Assembly (NCBI GenBank): GCA_963663035.1
Contig: OY760074.1
Location: forward strand, 2,560,001-2,624,000
Direction: 5' to 3'
DNA: 64,000 nt
DNA from: Acidobacteriota bacterium
GTDB taxonomy: Bacteria > Acidobacteriota > UBA6911 > RPQK01 > JADFOI01
Shown: in pieces, positions 60,432 to 64,000 of the stretch
Layout of the letters: every line of letters begins with the position of its first letter
How positions within the stretch are numbered: position 1 is the stretch's first letter
Position numbers and translations under genes: made by a program
Notes under the pieces: generated by a model
What the model was told of the DNA's origin: nothing
Databases searched by the model: none
Seen by the model: the letters and a program-made list of their open reading frames with translations, nothing else

Positions 60432-61115
60432 CTACCGCTCAGAGAGAATCTCATCCTCATCGAAGTAATCCACCTTGTGCACCGGCATGACGACGCTTGA
60501 CACCACGTTCAGAAGATGGCCTCCGATGCGCTTATAGTACCGGGTGGCGAGAACAAGGGCGGTGGTGGTCCCCGTATCGTATTTCGCCCCAGCGATTCGC
60601 TCGATCAGAGCATCACTCCCCTGGGCAATTTCGCGCCCCTCCCGAATCAACTGAAGAGCCCGCTCGGGTTTCAGGGTAGTGAAAACCTCCGATGCCGCCT
60701 GGAAGGCCTCCTCGATCCCCTGACGGATGGAAAGCAAGTTCTTGACGACCTCGTCATCGGGCAATCTCTCCGGGGAAAAGTCCACCAACTCCAAGATATT
60801 TTTAGCATAATCGCCTAAGCGCTCGACATCCTTGACCAGGCTCATCAAGAGAAGGCAATAGGGGACATCCGCGGTATTTCCCGGGACTGAAAGGTGTGCC
60901 ACGACTTGTTTGCGAATCCTTCGCTCGAGTTGATTGACCTGGATGTCCTGCTTTCGAATGCGCTTTCGCTCCTCCGGCACGGTGTTTCTTTCGAAAAAGC
61001 TGACACCGGCTGAGAGCGTCATCTCCTGGGCCAACTTGAGCATCCGGGCGAAGTCTTCGCCCATCTCAGTGAGCGGGTTCTGGGATCGAAAAATACTAAG
61101 CAATTCACGAAACAT
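60432..61115 (-). CDS. PhoU domain protein
   Basis: DIQVNQLERRIR, KDVERLGDYAKN, RYYKRIGGH; start at 61115. Confidence 0.85.
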   Translation of the reverse strand: MFRELLSIFRSQNPLTEMGEDFARMLKLAQEMTLSAGVSFFERNTVPEERKRIRKQDIQVNQLERRIRKQVVAHLSVPGNTADVPYCLLLMSLVKDVERLGDYAKNILELVDFSPERLPDDEVVKNLLSIRQGIEEAFQAASEVFTTLKPERALQLIREGREIAQGSDALIERIAGAKYDTGTTTALVLATRYYKRIGGHLLNVVSSVVMPVHKVDYFDEDEILSER

Positions 61116-61129
61116 TTGCACCTCCTTTG

Positions 61130-62305
61130 CTACTCGAAGAATCTCTTCAAAACCACGAGTATCGCGGGGAGCCCGTAAAACAAACCTGCCACATAGAGGA
61201 GCGCCCACCTGCGGGACTCTACCGCCGTCCGGGCCAGTCTTCTGGCGGCGCGCAGGGGCAAGCGCCGGATAAAAGGCACCGGGTAGATCAACAGTATTCC
61301 AGAAAGGTTGAAAAGAACATGGACTAGTGCGATTTCCACACCAGCTTGGGCATTCGCTCCCGAAACGGCCAGGGTGGCCAACAGAGCTGTCACAGTGGTG
61401 CCGACATTGGCACCGATGGTTACAGGAAAGGCCTGCTCGAGAGTCAGCAAACCTGCACCTGCCAGGGGTACCAGAAGCGAGGTCGTAATGCTGCTGGATT
61501 GCACCATTACGGTCACCACCGTCCCTAACAGGATTGAGCGGAAAGCGTTTTGACCCAGAAAGCGGGAGATGAAGACCTCCATGCTCGATTGGGTCGCCGA
61601 TCGCATCAACTTCACCAGGAGCAGAAGCGCTCCGAAGATCAAGATGGCACTGACCAGAACAATCAGAATCCCTTGAGCTTGCTCGGCCTCCACAAGCGCA
61701 CCGGCAAAGCCTTTGACGGGCTCCAGGGCAGCTTTCAGTGCGTCCTTGAGGGGATTCTCGTAGGTGACGCCGCCGATCCCACCGAAAGTCGAGGCCAAAG
61801 CTGTGGCCGTGTGACGGAGGTAACCGGTCGCCATCTCCAGTGGCAGGAGCACGGCCACGGTTATGAAGTTGAAAAAGTCATGACAAGTGGCCACTGAAAA
61901 AGCCCGACAGAACTCCTCCCGGCGCCCCATGTGAGCCAGGGAAACCACCGTGTTGGTGACCGTTGTTCCGATGTTGGCGCCCATGATCATGGGCACGGCA
62001 TTGGCCAGAGGCAGCGGATTCTCCGGGGCCGCTACCAGGCCCACAATCATGGCCGTCGTTACCGACGAGCTTTGCATCAGCGTCGTCGCCAAAATGCCCA
62101 CCACCAAGGCCAGAAAGGGATTCTCGGTGGTGGCAAAGAAGGCATCGAGCAGATCCCGCCCCAGCAGTTTGAATCCGTCGCCAAGGCCCTGGACCCCCAG
62201 CAGAAAGAAGAAGAGCAAGATGAGCAGAGTCGCGGTCTTCCGCGCGGTAGAAACCACTCCAGGGAGAGTCGCTGCTTGCTTCCCCGGTGGCGAGATTGGT
62301 TCCAT
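61130..62305 (-). CDS. Na/Pi cotransporter (NptA/SLC34-like)
   Basis: Duplicated QSSS and GAN(I/V)GTT motifs, HDFFN. Confidence 0.92.
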   Translation of the reverse strand: MEPISPPGKQAATLPGVVSTARKTATLLILLFFFLLGVQGLGDGFKLLGRDLLDAFFATTENPFLALVVGILATTLMQSSSVTTAMIVGLVAAPENPLPLANAVPMIMGANIGTTVTNTVVSLAHMGRREEFCRAFSVATCHDFFNFITVAVLLPLEMATGYLRHTATALASTFGGIGGVTYENPLKDALKAALEPVKGFAGALVEAEQAQGILIVLVSAILIFGALLLLVKLMRSATQSSMEVFISRFLGQNAFRSILLGTVVTVMVQSSSITTSLLVPLAGAGLLTLEQAFPVTIGANVGTTVTALLATLAVSGANAQAGVEIALVHVLFNLSGILLIYPVPFIRRLPLRAARRLARTAVESRRWALLYVAGLFYGLPAILVVLKRFFE

Positions 62306-62335
62306 AGGACGACCCCGACCACTACCCTCAGAATT

Positions 62336-63772
62336 TCACTCTATCTCAAAAGTGATGAACCTGAGTGCCTCCCCGCGCTGCACCTGAACCACTACGGAAG
62401 CTCCGCTTTCCAGTTCAGCCACCCGGGCACGTAGACTTTCAAGGCTGCTGATTTCCGTGCCATTGATGCTGTAAATCACATCACCAGGCAAGAACCCCTC
62501 TTGCCAGTAGAGAAAGTTCCCCGAGCGGGCAGCAACCAGCACTCCTCCCAGTCTTCGTGGTGGAAAGAGTATCTTGGCGATCTGACCGTCAATATCGAGG
62601 CCCAGAATTCCCAATTCGGGTACCAGGCTCTCTTCTGGTGTCACCATGTCGGCAAAGAGACCGAAATCATCTTCTCGTTCGATGACGCGGACTCGAAAGG
62701 CAAGCTTCTGGAAATTCCGCAGCACATCCAAAGTGACCATGTCTCCAATTGCACGCTGGTAGAGATTCACGTCGAACTGGCGTCCGTTTTCCATGACTTT
62801 GCCATCCAGAGCCAGAATCAGGTCCCCCACTTTGAGTCCGGCCATGTCGCCCGGACCTCCCGGCAAGACGTCCCCCAGTATCACTCCCCACTCCTGAGGG
62901 AGATCCAATCCCTCGGCCAGAGTGGTGGTCACGGTCTGAGCGGAAACTCCAATCTGTCCGCGAGCCACACGACCCCTCTCGCGGAGCTGGGCGTAGACAC
63001 TCCTCACGATATTGCTGGGCACAGCAAAGCCAAGCCCCTCATTTCCCCCTGACTGGGAAAAGATAAAGGTATTGATCCCCACCGCCTCTCCATTGGCATT
63101 CACCAGGGGACCGCCACTGTTTCCAGGGTTGATGGGAGCGTCGGTCTGAATGTAAACCATGGGATCTTCCGGCTGGAACTGGCGTGCCACTGCACTCACC
63201 ACACCCAGTGTTACTGAATTCTCCAGACCGAAGGGACTTCCGAAAGCCAGCACCAGTTGTCCTTGCCTCAGTTCATCAGAATCTCCCAATTCTACAAAGG
63301 GGAGTTCTCGTTTAGCGATTTTTAACACAGCCAGGTCAGTCTCTCGGTCGATTCCGACAACTTCGGCTTCCACTATCTCCCCTCTGCCCTTGAGAATGGA
63401 TGATCCCTCAGGTATACCTCGCAGCGACATGGCCAGCAGAACCTGGACACGACTGGCACCTTCGACCACATGAGCATTGGTGACGATGTATCCCTCCCTG
63501 TCGAGGATGACACCGGAGCCACCACTGCTCTGCCTGCTCAGCAAACTGGACTCTGAGCTACCCACGCCTAAGCTATGGCCCGTGGCAAGAATCTGGACCA
63601 CGGCCGGGCTAATTTGCTTCGCGAGATCCTCAAATGAGTTGCTGAGCCGAACTAGCGCGGGTTCGCTCTCCGATGAGGATTGCGCCAAACTGCTGGTGGC
63701 ACAGAGAGACACAACCAGCAGACATCCGGCAAGACCTAGAACACCCAAGATACTACTCTTGTGATGCTCCAT
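62336..63772 (-). CDS. HtrA/DegP-like serine protease with two PDZ domains
   Basis: TNAHV, DLAVL, INPGNSGGPL. Confidence 0.93.
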   Translation of the reverse strand: MEHHKSSILGVLGLAGCLLVVSLCATSSLAQSSSESEPALVRLSNSFEDLAKQISPAVVQILATGHSLGVGSSESSLLSRQSSGGSGVILDREGYIVTNAHVVEGASRVQVLLAMSLRGIPEGSSILKGRGEIVEAEVVGIDRETDLAVLKIAKRELPFVELGDSDELRQGQLVLAFGSPFGLENSVTLGVVSAVARQFQPEDPMVYIQTDAPINPGNSGGPLVNANGEAVGINTFIFSQSGGNEGLGFAVPSNIVRSVYAQLRERGRVARGQIGVSAQTVTTTLAEGLDLPQEWGVILGDVLPGGPGDMAGLKVGDLILALDGKVMENGRQFDVNLYQRAIGDMVTLDVLRNFQKLAFRVRVIEREDDFGLFADMVTPEESLVPELGILGLDIDGQIAKILFPPRRLGGVLVAARSGNFLYWQEGFLPGDVIYSINGTEISSLESLRARVAELESGASVVVQVQRGEALRFITFEIE

Positions 63773-63862
63773 GCGCCCTTCCTCTTTGCAAGAAGAAAAT
63801 CTTTCCGGCTGTGGAGACAGGAATGGGATTCAGTGAAACGAAGAAACCGTTACCGGTCTTCC

Positions 63863-63995
63863 AGCCGGGTTTATGCATAAATTATCTACTGCAGTACCGC
63901 AATCATCCCCGCTGACTGCGTTGTGCGACCCGCACGCCTTGCCATCGCGACGCCTGCGGCACTTCGTCACGACAACCTATGCATAAATCTCGGCT
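63863..63995. repeat. MITE-like structured repeat, copy E
   Basis: AGCCGGGTTTATGCATAA...CTATGCATAAATCTCGGCT; internal deletion relative to copy B. Confidence 0.8.
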
Positions 63996-64000
63996 ACGAA

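Overview
Bacterial chromosomal segment, most likely Acidobacteriota (inferred from a GWxTD-domain protein and ~1100-aa carboxypeptidase-regulatory-domain TonB-dependent receptors). No rRNA, tRNA, CRISPR, prophage or recognisable defence system was seen. The left part has two divergent YtcJ-like amidohydrolases, a DUF58/BatD-like/VWA cluster without its MoxR ATPase, GWxTD and TPR proteins, a CoA-transferase, TolC plus two adaptor proteins with no RND pump, and fumC. The centre (15.5-46.3 kb) is an IS-scarred, copper-rich accessory region. It encodes a CopC-CopD-YtkA fusion, three YcnI paralogues, a cupredoxin/CusF-TolC/multicopper oxidase cassette between direct repeats, two large TonB-dependent receptors, exported amide hydrolases with unusual active sites (Tat amidase with small partner, asparaginase-like protein, two M19 dipeptidases) and two DUF5916 barrels. 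Mobile DNA there includes complete IS256 and IS3 copies, an rve-type IS, and IS1380 and IS6 relics. The right part has an MFS transporter, bioBFDA, a FecA-like receptor behind a perfect 28-bp hairpin, an AhpD-like protein, an NPP, a nitrilase-SSS transporter operon, PhoU/NptA and HtrA. A structured MITE-like family occurs five times. The best candidate for an undescribed system is a recurring module of TonB receptor, periplasmic amide hydrolases and YcnI, possibly for uptake and dismantling of copper-ligand complexes. That function is inference only.
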